A stretch of DNA of 63,697 nucleotides, filler included. It is 6 parts of 6 records of this genome, joined end to end, with 100 filler letters (N's around TTAATTAATTAA, not from the genome) between each part and the next. Parts side by side here need not be neighbours in the genome. Positions count along the whole stretch, not along the records: positions 36,093 to 58,494 come from SRR31156797_24795; positions 58,595 to 63,697 come from SRR31156797_24905; 4 more parts are not named here. One strand, 5' to 3'. Shown here piece after piece: positions 50,108 to 60,094 of this stretch (positions are counted from its first letter, which is position 1; every line of letters begins with the position of its first letter). The notes beneath the pieces were generated by a model. That model was not told where the DNA came from. It worked only from the letters and a program-made list of their open reading frames with translations, and did not search any database. The position numbers and the translations under genes were made by a program.

Positions 50108-50863
50108 TCAGGCCTCCTTACGGGCCATCAATATCAGATGCTCCGCCTTATGATCGTAGGGAGCCTTCTCAAAGCTGCCGTATATCTCTATCTCCGGAAA
50201 GCCGGCTTCCCACAGCATAGCCGCCATCTCGGACGCGGAAAAGATCCTGTGGCTGAAGCTGTACTCGGTCATCCGCTCGTCCTTGTAAAAGAGCCAGCGG
50301 TTCACCAGTTCCGTCCAGTTCAGGTCCACGCTGTATTCCAGCATGATCTTGATCCCCTCCCGCTCGAACCAGACCCTCTCTTCAAAATCCCTGGCAAGGA
50401 TCTCCTTCCCGCTCATTTCCATGAAGAGTATCCCCCCGGGCTTGAGGGATCTGTAGAGGATTTTCAACAGCCTCAGATCGTCGTCGGGATCCTCAAAATA
50501 ACCGAAGGACGTAAACATATTGATCACCGCATCGAACTCTTCATGATAGTCCAAATCCCGGACATCCCTGCGGATGAACTCAGGGGACAGCCCGCGGGAG
50601 GAAGCCTCCCGGGCCGCAATCTTCAGATAGCCCTCCGACAGGTCCACGCCCGTGACATCACAGCCCAGACGGGCAAGCTCGAGAGAATGGCGCCCCATTC
50701 CGCAACAGCAATCGAGCACGGAGGAGCCGTCGGACAGGGAGCAGAGTTCAAAGAGGCTCTCCGCTTCGTAGGGAGTTCTCTTCATCCTGAGCTCGTCGAA
50801 CATAATGGGACCATAGGTCTCCCAGAACCACTCATCCGAGTACCAGTTATCTTTTTTCGTCAT
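50108..50863 (-). CDS. Class I SAM-dependent methyltransferase
   Basis: VLDCCCGMGRH, GVDLS, FTSFGYF, LKPGG. Confidence 0.9.
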   Translation of the reverse strand: MTKKDNWYSDEWFWETYGPIMFDELRMKRTPYEAESLFELCSLSDGSSVLDCCCGMGRHSLELARLGCDVTGVDLSEGYLKIAAREASSRGLSPEFIRRDVRDLDYHEEFDAVINMFTSFGYFEDPDDDLRLLKILYRSLKPGGILFMEMSGKEILARDFEERVWFEREGIKIMLEYSVDLNWTELVNRWLFYKDERMTEYSFSHRIFSASEMAAMLWEAGFPEIEIYGSFEKAPYDHKAEHLILMARKEA

Positions 50864-50983
50864 TAAGGACTTCCTTTGAGGACTTTTTTTATTCCAAACG
50901 GTATATTGAAATGATATTCATGATAAGTTTAACATAGCTGCGATTCATTTTAAAAGGCATCAGCATGAAACAGGAGACAGTAG

Positions 50984-53900
50984 GTGAACAGGTTAAACAA
51001 AACGGCTCTGACAGTATTCTTTTTTCTCATAACGGCCCTGTCGTGGGCTGATTCTTCGGGAGAACTTGCCGGCTCGCTTTACTCTCCTCTCTTCCTGGGG
51101 GGCGGCAGCTCGGCGATCAATATGGACACCCCTCAGTCGGCCTCACTAAATCCGGCGGCCGCTGGAAACTTTCAGAGGACCATCGTCGACTTGAACTATA
51201 TCAACCTGACCAATTTCGATGAAAGCGGCATAGGCCATGCGGCCAACGCGGGCCTCTCTTATCCGACCCGCTACGGAGTGTTCACCGGAGCTCTTCATTT
51301 TCTCAGCACCGACGGCCTGAACTCGGACGTTCTGGATTTCGGAACCCTGGGCGCACTGGACGTCTCCTTTTCCAAGGAGATCTACAAGGATCTGTTCACC
51401 GGCTTCGGCGTATCGGGCAGCTATGGCAGCGAGGACTGGGGAGCGGGGCTCAATCTGGGCATCATCCACAAGGCCGGAACTCTGGGATTCATGAACAATT
51501 TCGTGTGGGGAGCCTCTCTGCGTGGACTGGGCAGGGGCTACGGCAGCGCCGACAATTACATGAAAGCCGTTCCTGAAAACCTGACCCTCAACCTGAGCGC
51601 GGGCTTCGATATGATATCCCGGGACGATTTCGTATGGAACATTAACGGAACCGTCGGTTTCCCCACCTTCACCGATCTGAGGATGGAGCTGGGGCAGGAG
51701 ATCAGGATCCAGGAGAACCTGCGGATCACCACCTCTTCCTCCTTCATCGCCTCCGACCTGGCCGATGGAAACTACCTGACCCTGATTCCCTCTGTGGGCG
51801 TATTCTACAATCTCCCCCTGGGCGGCGGATCGAATGGAAGGAGCAAACTCCAGAGCAACGAGATGGAACTGCAGGCGGCGGGGGCTCCCCTGTATGACGG
51901 CGTCGCCGCATTCGGTGCCGGCGTGACCGTGCCCTTTGGGGTAAGGGACTCCGAGGCACCCGAGATCGGCTATGAGTACGACGACACCATCTACCTCTCC
52001 CCCGACCTGAACGGCGTTCAGGACGAGCTGAACCTTGCCTACACGGCGGAAGACGAACGCTATATAATGGGCTACAATTTCTCTGTCTACAACGAAGAAG
52101 GCGACCTTGTCCGTGAGTACAGAAACAAGGACGAACGACCGGAGAACGAGAGCTTCAGGAACATATTCGACCGCATGTTCTCGGCTAAAACCGGCGCGAC
52201 CCTTCCCGAAACCTTCCGCTGGGACGGCGTCATGGAGAGCGGAGAAGTCGCTCCCGACGGCAACTACACGATACAGATGTCCTTCTGGGATGACAATGAG
52301 AACAGATCGACCAGCGAGGAGATGGAGATCGTCCTAGACACGGTGACTCCGGCTGTCTCGCTGGACAAGCCCTCGGGCGCCGATCTGATCTTCTCTCCCG
52401 ACGGCGACGGCAACAAAGACGAGTTGAGGTTCAAACAGGACGGAAGCCGCGAGGGGCTCTGGAGCGCCGCCATCCTCGACCAGAGCGGGAACACTGTAAA
52501 GACGCTGGAATGGAAAGATGAGAAACCGGCCTCCTTCAGCTGGGACGGGACCGACGATGCGGGCGTGATCGTCCCCGACGGGCTCTATAGCTACCGCATC
52601 GAGTCGACGGACCCCTCGGGCAACTTTACGGAAGACGATCTGAACAACATCCTCGTTAACACGGAACAGCCCGAGGTCGCCCTCGCCATCGACAGCGCCT
52701 GGCTCAGCCCGGGCAACAGCGAGGGGGCCGACCTTATCAACTTCAGCCCCGATCTTTCTGTCACATCGGGGATCGTGGAGTGGGAACTCCAGGTCCAGGA
52801 TACGAGGGGCCGCAGCTTCTGGACCTTCAACAACAGGCGTCAGGGGATCCTGGAGATCCCCAGGCAGCTGGCATACGGCGGCGAGGCCGGGGTAAACGGA
52901 ACCATTACAGAGGGGAAGTACAGAGGTTACCTGACCGTCGTCTATCAGAACGGCTATCATCCTGAGGTCTACTCTCCCGTGTTTACCGTGGACACCACGG
53001 CGCCCGTGGGCGTCGTGAGCGGTTCGGACATACTCTCTCCCGACGGCGACGGATTCAAGGACGCCCTTGTCCTGAATCTGGAAACCTCGGAAGAGGACTA
53101 CTGGGAAGGATTTATCCGGAACGCCGAAAGCGAGGTCGTGAGATCGTTCTTCTGGCGCGGCAAGGCGGATCCCGAGCTGCGATGGGAAGGCCGGGACCAG
53201 GAAGGGCGTCCCGTTCCCGACGGTCGCTACAGCTTCCACCTGGAAGCCTTTGACAAGGCGGGTAACCGCGGATTCTCCAGACCCCATGCCTTCACCCTGG
53301 ACACCAGGGAGATGACCGTCCAGCTGACCGTCAGCGAAGACGCCTTCTCTCCCGACGGCAACGGCGTCAAGGATGAGGTCCGGTTCTATACGGCCGTAGA
53401 CAACCCCGAAGGTCTGGAATCCTGGACCTGGGAGGTCCTCGGAGACTCGGCGGACAATGTCGTATACAGCCGCAGCGGAGAGGGTTCCCTGCCGGAAAGC
53501 TTCGTCTGGAAGGGAGAGGGAGCATCCGGACAGGCGAGTGACGGGGACTACAAGGGCCGGCTTTCCCTGGTCTACATCAAGGGGGACAGACCGGAGACCT
53601 ACAGCGGTTCCTTTACAAAGGACACCTCGGCTCCCGTGCTCAACATCTCCTCGGAACGGACGCTCTTCTCTCCCGACGGCGACGGCATGGGCGACAGCGT
53701 TACGATTCGTCAGAGCGCCTCTCCCGAATCCGAGTACGCAGCGGAGATCCGTGACGACAGCGGCGCGGTTGTCAGATCCTGGTTCTGGAGAGAGGCTCTC
53801 GAAGACCAGGTCTGGGACGGTAAGGACGAGAACGGAAACATTGTGGATGACGGAAGCTACAGCTACCATCTCACATCCAGCGATGCCGCGGGCAACAGCT

Positions 53901-54982
53901 CGGAGCGGGTGCTCAGCGGACTCCGCGTGGACACGAAGCCGACATCCGTATACCTTACGGCCGAGAACTCCCTCTTCTCGCCCCTCTCTGAGACCTACGG
54001 CAGCCAGAACTTCACGGTCCATCTCAGCAATACCGAGGGCGTGGAGTCCTGGAGCATGGCTGTCAAGGACGCCGCCGGCAATCCCGTCCATGCCTTCGGC
54101 GGCCCGGCACCGGTTCCCGAAGAGCTGAACTGGGACGGCAGAGACCGTGACGGAAAGCTTCTTGAGGGCTCGTTCGCTGCAGAAATGACCGTCGTCTACA
54201 CCAAGGGGAACAGACCAGTCGGAAGGAGTCGCGACTTCATCGTCGACAACTCGGCGCCCCTGGTCGATGTGGGTCTCGGACCCGTACCCTTTTCCCCCGA
54301 TGACGACAATGTGGACGATGAGCTTAAGATAGCTCTGAATGTGAGAGACCTTTCTCCTATCAGGGACTGGGAGATGGTCATCAGGGATCCCAAAGGGAAG
54401 GAGTTCATTCGTTTCGGCGGCAAAGGACGCCCCTCAGAAAGGATCATCTGGGACGGCCGTTCCCGCCAGGGAGAGCTTGTCCAGTCCGCCGAGGACTATC
54501 CCTTCGAGATCAGGGTGACCGACTACCTGGGCCATTCGACGCTGGAGCGGGGGGATATCCCCGTGGATATCCTGGTTATCCGGGAGGGGGGAAGGCTGAA
54601 GGTCAGGATCTCCAATATAACCTTCAAGCCCTACAAGGCAGAGCTTGTGACCGCCGGCAAGCAGGGCGCGAAGAATCAGGAAGTCCTGAAGCGCCTTTCC
54701 CAGGTACTCAAAAAGTACGGTTCCTACAGGATCCTTATTGAAGGTCATGCGGTGAGTGAATATTATGACAACGCCGCCAGAGCCGCCAGGGAGGAGAAGG
54801 AAGAGCTTCAGCCCCTGTCTCTGGCCAGAGCGACCACCGTTCGCTCTGCCCTTTCAGGGCTGGGAATACAGAACTCCCGTATGGATGTGGACGGTAAGGG
54901 CGGAACAGAGCCCATCGTACCGCACAGCGATCTGGATAACAGGTGGAAGAACCGCCGCGTGGAATTTATACTGATTAAATGA
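50984..54982 (+). CDS. Large envelope protein: N-terminal beta-barrel-like domain, eight FlgD-Ig/CHU_C-like repeats, C-terminal OmpA domain
   Basis: Signal peptide, NPAA motif and alternating beta strands; repeats FSPDGDG.KD...WDG.D..G...PDG.Y; IEGH, LSLARA, NRRVEF. Confidence 0.85.
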   Translation: MNRLNKTALTVFFFLITALSWADSSGELAGSLYSPLFLGGGSSAINMDTPQSASLNPAAAGNFQRTIVDLNYINLTNFDESGIGHAANAGLSYPTRYGVFTGALHFLSTDGLNSDVLDFGTLGALDVSFSKEIYKDLFTGFGVSGSYGSEDWGAGLNLGIIHKAGTLGFMNNFVWGASLRGLGRGYGSADNYMKAVPENLTLNLSAGFDMISRDDFVWNINGTVGFPTFTDLRMELGQEIRIQENLRITTSSSFIASDLADGNYLTLIPSVGVFYNLPLGGGSNGRSKLQSNEMELQAAGAPLYDGVAAFGAGVTVPFGVRDSEAPEIGYEYDDTIYLSPDLNGVQDELNLAYTAEDERYIMGYNFSVYNEEGDLVREYRNKDERPENESFRNIFDRMFSAKTGATLPETFRWDGVMESGEVAPDGNYTIQMSFWDDNENRSTSEEMEIVLDTVTPAVSLDKPSGADLIFSPDGDGNKDELRFKQDGSREGLWSAAILDQSGNTVKTLEWKDEKPASFSWDGTDDAGVIVPDGLYSYRIESTDPSGNFTEDDLNNILVNTEQPEVALAIDSAWLSPGNSEGADLINFSPDLSVTSGIVEWELQVQDTRGRSFWTFNNRRQGILEIPRQLAYGGEAGVNGTITEGKYRGYLTVVYQNGYHPEVYSPVFTVDTTAPVGVVSGSDILSPDGDGFKDALVLNLETSEEDYWEGFIRNAESEVVRSFFWRGKADPELRWEGRDQEGRPVPDGRYSFHLEAFDKAGNRGFSRPHAFTLDTREMTVQLTVSEDAFSPDGNGVKDEVRFYTAVDNPEGLESWTWEVLGDSADNVVYSRSGEGSLPESFVWKGEGASGQASDGDYKGRLSLVYIKGDRPETYSGSFTKDTSAPVLNISSERTLFSPDGDGMGDSVTIRQSASPESEYAAEIRDDSGAVVRSWFWREALEDQVWDGKDENGNIVDDGSYSYHLTSSDAAGNSSERVLSGLRVDTKPTSVYLTAENSLFSPLSETYGSQNFTVHLSNTEGVESWSMAVKDAAGNPVHAFGGPAPVPEELNWDGRDRDGKLLEGSFAAEMTVVYTKGNRPVGRSRDFIVDNSAPLVDVGLGPVPFSPDDDNVDDELKIALNVRDLSPIRDWEMVIRDPKGKEFIRFGGKGRPSERIIWDGRSRQGELVQSAEDYPFEIRVTDYLGHSTLERGDIPVDILVIREGGRLKVRISNITFKPYKAELVTAGKQGAKNQEVLKRLSQVLKKYGSYRILIEGHAVSEYYDNAARAAREEKEELQPLSLARATTVRSALSGLGIQNSRMDVDGKGGTEPIVPHSDLDNRWKNRRVEFILIK

Positions 54983-57168
54983 GTGAACTGAACCTATTTG
55001 CCGTATGTCCCCGCTACCTGGAGGACCTTCTGGAACAGGAAATCCTTGAAGCCGGGGGCGAAACGAAGGGACGGAGCGCAGGCGGCATTGCCTTCGCTGC
55101 CGGCCTGGAACAGGCCTACGGCTTCTGCCTGAACAGCCGCATCGCCAGCCATCTTTATCTCCTGTTGGAGGAATTTGATTTTGATCCGAAGCAGGCGGAT
55201 AAGCTGCCTGACGAGATCTACCGCAGGTCCCATGGATTCGACTGGGGTGCTGTGATGGACAGCGGGACGAGCTTCGCCTGCCGGGCCACGGTAAAGGGCA
55301 GGATCAGGCTGAACGAAAGATGGGCCTCCCTGAGACTCAAGGACGGACTGGCCGACTTCTGGAGAGACAGGACGGGCGAGCGCCCGGATGTGGATAAGTC
55401 GGAACCCGACCTCAGGTTCACCATCCATGTGGACGGAGCGGGAAAAGCCATGATCTACCTGGACCTGTCGGGGGACTCCCTCTCGGACAGGGGGTACAGG
55501 CTGGACTCCTCCAAAGCCGGACTTCGGGAAAACACGGCTGCGGCCATGCTCCTGAGAAGCGGATGGAAGGAGAAGAGCAGGGAGGGCTGCTTTCTGCTGG
55601 ACCCCCTCTGCGGCAGCGCAACCATCCTGGTGGAGGGAGCCATGATCGCCGCTGACCTGCCCTGCAACCTGAACCGCAGCCGATACGGCTTTATGGCGTG
55701 GAAAGGCCACGACCCCGATCTCTGGGAAGATGTCTTCGACCGGGCGGAGGCGCGGTGGAAGGAGAACGTAAAAGATCTCCCTCTGATCCTGGGATTCGAC
55801 AGAGACAAGAAGGCCGTCGCCGCCGCGCTGGGCAATATAAAGCGCGCCGGACTGGACGGCCGTATCCATGTGGAAAAGAGAGAGTTGACTGATTTCGTCG
55901 TTACCGAAGCGATGGACAAAGCCCCGGGCGGCTGTATCGTCACCAATCCCCCCTACGGTGTCAGAATAGGGAACAAGGCCTCTCTCCACTCCCTGTACAG
56001 AGAACTGGGGGATCTGGCGTCCCGTCCGGTATTCGCCGGAGGCAGGTTAACCCTCATATCCGATGACAAGGCCCTTTTAAAGTCTGTGGGACTCAGAAGC
56101 AGCCGGGACAACAGGATCATGAACGGTCCTATACCCTGTTTCCTCAACCACTATGAACTCTTCCGGCATGACGGGGAAACGCGGAAGAGGCAGGAGAAGC
56201 GGAAAGAGGAGAAGATAGAGTTAACAGACGAGGGCCGGCAGTTCTACAACAGACTGCATAAAAGAAAGAAGCATCTGACAAAGGTCATGAAACGGGAAGG
56301 GGTAAGCTGCTTTCGTCTCTACGACGCGGACCTTCCCAATTTCAACTTCGCCGTGGATCTGTATGAAAGCAAATGGGCCCATGTCCAGGAGTACAAGGCG
56401 CCCTCTACCATCGACAGGGAGAAAGCGGACAGGAGGATGGACGAAGCCCGGGCCGTGCTGAAGGAGCTTCTGGAGATCCGGGACAGCGAGCTCTTTATGA
56501 AGCAGAGGCGGAAACAGAAGGGAAGCGACCAGTATGAGACCCTCAGCCGCCGGGGGGAACGCTTCCTGGTTAACGAGTGGGGACTGCGTATCTGGGTGAA
56601 CTTCACCGACTATCTGGATACGGGCATATTTCTGGACCACAGAAAGATCAGACGCTACATACTGGAAAACAGTGAGGGCAAAAGCGTGCTGAACCTGTTC
56701 TCCTATACCTGTACTGCCAGCCTGATGGCTGCGGCGGGAGGAGCCAGCCGAGTCGTTTCCGTGGACAGTTCCCGGGCCTACCTGGCCTGGGGAGAGGATA
56801 ACTTCAGGCTGAACAAGCAGGTTTCTCCGGATTTCCACTTTGTGAAAAAAGACAGTTTCGACTATCTGAAAACGGATAAGGAGCGCTTTGATCTTATCTT
56901 TCTGGATCCTCCGACCTTTTCCAATTCCAAGTCCAGGAAGAACAGTTTCGATATCCAGTCCGACCATGCCGGCCTTATCCGCCTTGCCATGAAGCGTCTT
57001 AATCCGGGTGGACTGCTGATCTTTTCCAACAACTACACCCGCTTTGAAATGGATCGTGAAATCGAGGGACAGTTCAAGGTCTCCGAACAGAGCGGCTGGA
57101 CCTCATCCGAGGATTTCCACAGAAAAAAATCCGGTCACCGCTGCTGGTTCATCTCATCCCGGGACTGA
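54979..57168 (+). CDS. rlmKL: Bifunctional 23S rRNA methyltransferase RlmK/RlmL
   Basis: THUMP, LRENTAAA, DPLCGS, TNPPYG, RLYDADLP, DYLDTGIFLDHR, LNLFSYT, DPPTFSNSK. Confidence 0.93.
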   Translation: MSELNLFAVCPRYLEDLLEQEILEAGGETKGRSAGGIAFAAGLEQAYGFCLNSRIASHLYLLLEEFDFDPKQADKLPDEIYRRSHGFDWGAVMDSGTSFACRATVKGRIRLNERWASLRLKDGLADFWRDRTGERPDVDKSEPDLRFTIHVDGAGKAMIYLDLSGDSLSDRGYRLDSSKAGLRENTAAAMLLRSGWKEKSREGCFLLDPLCGSATILVEGAMIAADLPCNLNRSRYGFMAWKGHDPDLWEDVFDRAEARWKENVKDLPLILGFDRDKKAVAAALGNIKRAGLDGRIHVEKRELTDFVVTEAMDKAPGGCIVTNPPYGVRIGNKASLHSLYRELGDLASRPVFAGGRLTLISDDKALLKSVGLRSSRDNRIMNGPIPCFLNHYELFRHDGETRKRQEKRKEEKIELTDEGRQFYNRLHKRKKHLTKVMKREGVSCFRLYDADLPNFNFAVDLYESKWAHVQEYKAPSTIDREKADRRMDEARAVLKELLEIRDSELFMKQRRKQKGSDQYETLSRRGERFLVNEWGLRIWVNFTDYLDTGIFLDHRKIRRYILENSEGKSVLNLFSYTCTASLMAAAGGASRVVSVDSSRAYLAWGEDNFRLNKQVSPDFHFVKKDSFDYLKTDKERFDLIFLDPPTFSNSKSRKNSFDIQSDHAGLIRLAMKRLNPGGLLIFSNNYTRFEMDREIEGQFKVSEQSGWTSSEDFHRKKSGHRCWFISSRD

Positions 57169-57202
57169 TCGGAAGCGGATCCGGAACAGATGCGTATAAT
57201 CG

Positions 57203-57231
57203 TTGAATATAAAGGAAACTGAGTTTATCAT
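57203..57231 (+). promoter_or_regulatory. Putative sigma70 promoter placing +1 at the ATG of a small ORF
   Basis: TTGAAT, 17-bp spacer, TATCAT, then 6 nt to ATG 57238. Confidence 0.5.
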
Positions 57232-57237
57232 AGAGGT

Positions 57238-57369
57238 ATGTTCTGGAAGCGAATCATTACATCCCTTATGTTCGGTCTGGGCCTTGCCATGGTCCTGAGA
57301 AGTCTGATAAACATCATCCCCTGGTACAGGGAAAAGAAAAAAAACAAGAGGTCCCACGACGATGAGTGA
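57238..57369 (+). CDS. Small single-TM protein (43 aa), not in the ORF track
   Basis: MFWKRIITSLMFGLGLAMVLRSLINIIPWYREKKKNKRSHDDE: hydrophobic helix plus basic tail; stop overlaps the next start. Confidence 0.6.
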   Translation: MFWKRIITSLMFGLGLAMVLRSLINIIPWYREKKKNKRSHDDE

Positions 57370-58494
57370 TGAGCCTAAGGACAGGGATGAGCTGCCTGCC
57401 GTATTTCAGATGGATCTGCCGAAGAGAGAGGAATTCCTTTCTCAAGTAGGAAGTTTCACTCAGGAACAGCGGCGGATCTTTCATAGGATTTGCGACTTCT
57501 ACGATCCCGCGCTTGACTACAACCGTTTTGTTCTCCACGCGGGAAAGGACATCCTCTTCGCCAACAACCAGATAGAGATCCTCATGAAGAAGCTGAAGAC
57601 GGCCCACTACGGACTCCTTCAGTTTCATGTTCACGAGGGGGAGCTTAAACCGGAAAAGATCATCGTCAGCAACAGGGATTCCAGGGAATATTACGCCGCC
57701 CTGATCGATGATGAGATCCAGCGCATCCTGATCGATGACACCCGATCCTTCCTGACCCTGGAAGAGCTGGAAGAGATGAACCAGCGCGTGCCCTTCGACA
57801 TGGTGGACGGCATAACCCCCGAGGTTCTGGGGCCCAGGGCTTTCGGCGGAGGGAAAAGCGGAGCGCGGATTCTGTCCATTCATCTGAAGAACGGCGGCTC
57901 TCTGCTGATGACGGGGAACTCGGCAAGGACGGTCATAGGCATCGGACAGCTCCGTATCAGAAACGCCCTGAACAACACGTCTTTCATAACGATGATGTCC
58001 CGTTTTATGGATAATAAGATAAGCGACATACAGAAAAAAATGCGAACAGGCGACCGCAGGTTCTGGCTGGACATATCTACGAAGATCCTGCAGAACCAGG
58101 AGGATCTGCAGCTGCGCTTCAAGTATCTGGAATCCTCCCTCTTCCAATCGGCAGAGCTTCTGTTTCACTACTATACGAACGCGGTAAAGCAGGAGGAGCA
58201 GGAGAGGCAGGAGAACGCGGCCAAAGAAGCGGCTATGGAGGAGGTCTGCATGGACATCCTCAAGAAGGAGAATTTCCTCGTCTCCGATGAAGATCTGATG
58301 CGCCTTCTGGAACCCTTTGAAAAGAGATGGCCCGGATTCAAAGAAAGCTTCTACGAAAAAGCCGTCAAGGTGAACACGAAAATAGGTTTGCCCCTTATCA
58401 TAAGCCTCTCGGAAAAATACATCCACAGGGATCATCTCTATCCCTTTTTCAGGGCCGAGCTGGGTGTGCAGACCAAGGAATTGAAATACCACTA
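57362..58494 (+). CDS. Hypothetical helical protein, 3' truncated
   Basis: Long ORF with the same codon style as its neighbours, running into the linker; no motif recognised. Confidence 0.8.
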
Positions 58495-58594
58495 NNNNNN
58501 NNNNNNNNNNNNNNNNNNNNNNNNNNNNNNNNNNNNNNTTAATTAATTAANNNNNNNNNNNNNNNNNNNNNNNNNNNNNNNNNNNNNNNNNNNN
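58495..58594. other. Artificial contig linker
   Basis: N44-TTAATTAATTAA-N44. Confidence 0.97.
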
Positions 58595-58688
58595 GGGAGG
58601 ATAGGTATCTGCTAAGCTTTTTTTTTAGTTTATTTTAAATTTACTTATTGATCGAAGCATGGATTTTATTAAAAATAGGAGATAATCA

Positions 58689-59939
58689 ATGAAGAAATAT
58701 GATGTAAATAAACTGCCAAATTATGCTTTGGCACTTCTGATTTTCGTACCATTGCTTTTTTTATTAATATTAGGAATAGCGAGTATTGCCAGTTCAGGGC
58801 TTAGTAGTGCACTAGCCAAGGGACAGATAATCGGGTTATACCTGGCTCAGAGGCAGATAGCTTTTGCACTTTTGGGGATATTATCAATGCTTGTTTTAAC
58901 CTTTGTTATACCATATACTTTTTTTCAGAGGTATGAGGTACTTTCTCTAATGTATTTTGGACTTGTAGGAGCTTTGTTATATGTAGATTTCTTTGCTCCG
59001 ACTATCAAAGGTGCTAGGAGATGGATCAGGTTAGGGCCTGTAAATGTTCAGCCATCAGAGTTTGGAAAGATAGTATTTGTTATTTTAGCAGCGAAACTTT
59101 TTTCAGAGATGGAAAAGCATGAAGTTAGTGTTGGCTTTAGAGAATTAAAAAGATATTTTCCTAAATTTATATTATTAGCTATTGTTCCTTTTCTTGTAGG
59201 AGTAGGAAAAGATATGGGAACAGTTCTTCATTATTGTATTATATTTTTCGCAATGTTATTTGTATCAAAAATAAAACTCAGATATATTCTTACACTAATC
59301 CTTCTAGGAGGTTTTTTAGTAAGTGTAACTTTAGTAAATGAGTATAACTCAAATAACTTCCGTAGTAAAAGAATGAAAGAATTTATAGACGGACATAGAG
59401 AGAATGGTTACGGTGGAGGATATCAGACAATACAGTCAGTTATCGGTATCGGTAACGGTGGTTTGTTTGGTAAAGGTTTTGGTAACGGTATCCAGAAATA
59501 TAGTTACGTTCCGGAGATACACACGGATTTCATATTTTCAACTATAAGTGAAGAGTTTGGATTCTTAATGTCATTCTTGATCTTTCTGGCTTATGTGAGT
59601 ATATTTTACTCCGGCATAACGATAGCCATTAGGTCGCGGAACTGTTTTGCAAAGTTCTTAGCGACTGGAATTATATTTAAAATTGCCTCTCAGGCATTAG
59701 TTAATATATATGTAGTATCAGGTCTTATACCTGTAACGGGAATTCCATTACCATTCTTAAGCTATGGTGGGAGTTCGGTAGTATCACTGATGACATCTAC
59801 AGGATTACTGCTTAGTATAGTTAAATATAGTAATGATCAACAAGTCAAAACGACTCCGGAATTTGTCCTATCACCAACGGAACCGGAAGAAGACTACTTG
59901 AACGATAACAGTGAATTAGAGATTAAAATTAATAGATAA
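58689..59939 (+). CDS. FtsW/RodA/SpoVE (SEDS) peptidoglycan polymerase
   Basis: GARRWI, QPSEFGK, KDMGT, GYQ..QS, PEIHTDFIF, EEFG, GIPLPFLSYGGSS. Confidence 0.94.
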   Translation: MKKYDVNKLPNYALALLIFVPLLFLLILGIASIASSGLSSALAKGQIIGLYLAQRQIAFALLGILSMLVLTFVIPYTFFQRYEVLSLMYFGLVGALLYVDFFAPTIKGARRWIRLGPVNVQPSEFGKIVFVILAAKLFSEMEKHEVSVGFRELKRYFPKFILLAIVPFLVGVGKDMGTVLHYCIIFFAMLFVSKIKLRYILTLILLGGFLVSVTLVNEYNSNNFRSKRMKEFIDGHRENGYGGGYQTIQSVIGIGNGGLFGKGFGNGIQKYSYVPEIHTDFIFSTISEEFGFLMSFLIFLAYVSIFYSGITIAIRSRNCFAKFLATGIIFKIASQALVNIYVVSGLIPVTGIPLPFLSYGGSSVVSLMTSTGLLLSIVKYSNDQQVKTTPEFVLSPTEPEEDYLNDNSELEIKINR

Positions 59940-59949
59940 AATAATATAC

Positions 59950-59976
59950 AAACCTTCGCAATTGCGAAGGTTTTTT
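59950..59976 (+). terminator. Rho-independent terminator
   Basis: AAACCTTCGC-AATT-GCGAAGGTTT followed by Ts. Confidence 0.8.
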
Positions 59977-60094
59977 CTATTATAGAACAAATTTGAATAT
60001 ATAATAGATGAATTCATAAAGGAAATTAAAAATTAAATTAATATATGATATACTCTAAAAAAATAGTGTATGTAAAATAAAATTTGGAGGGAAA

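Noticed and set aside
52334-54091. 585-aa minus-strand ORF
   Set aside because: Antisense to the repeat-rich OmpA-domain gene; its apparent repeats mirror the sense strand.
57314-58492. 392-aa minus-strand ORF
   Set aside because: Antisense to the plus-strand ORF, which has upstream promoter and coupling signals and more protein-like composition.
58595-58630. GC-richer stretch followed by a long T-run at the start of the last contig, possibly the 3' end of an ncRNA
   Set aside because: Too short and truncated to assign; may be just half of a terminator.
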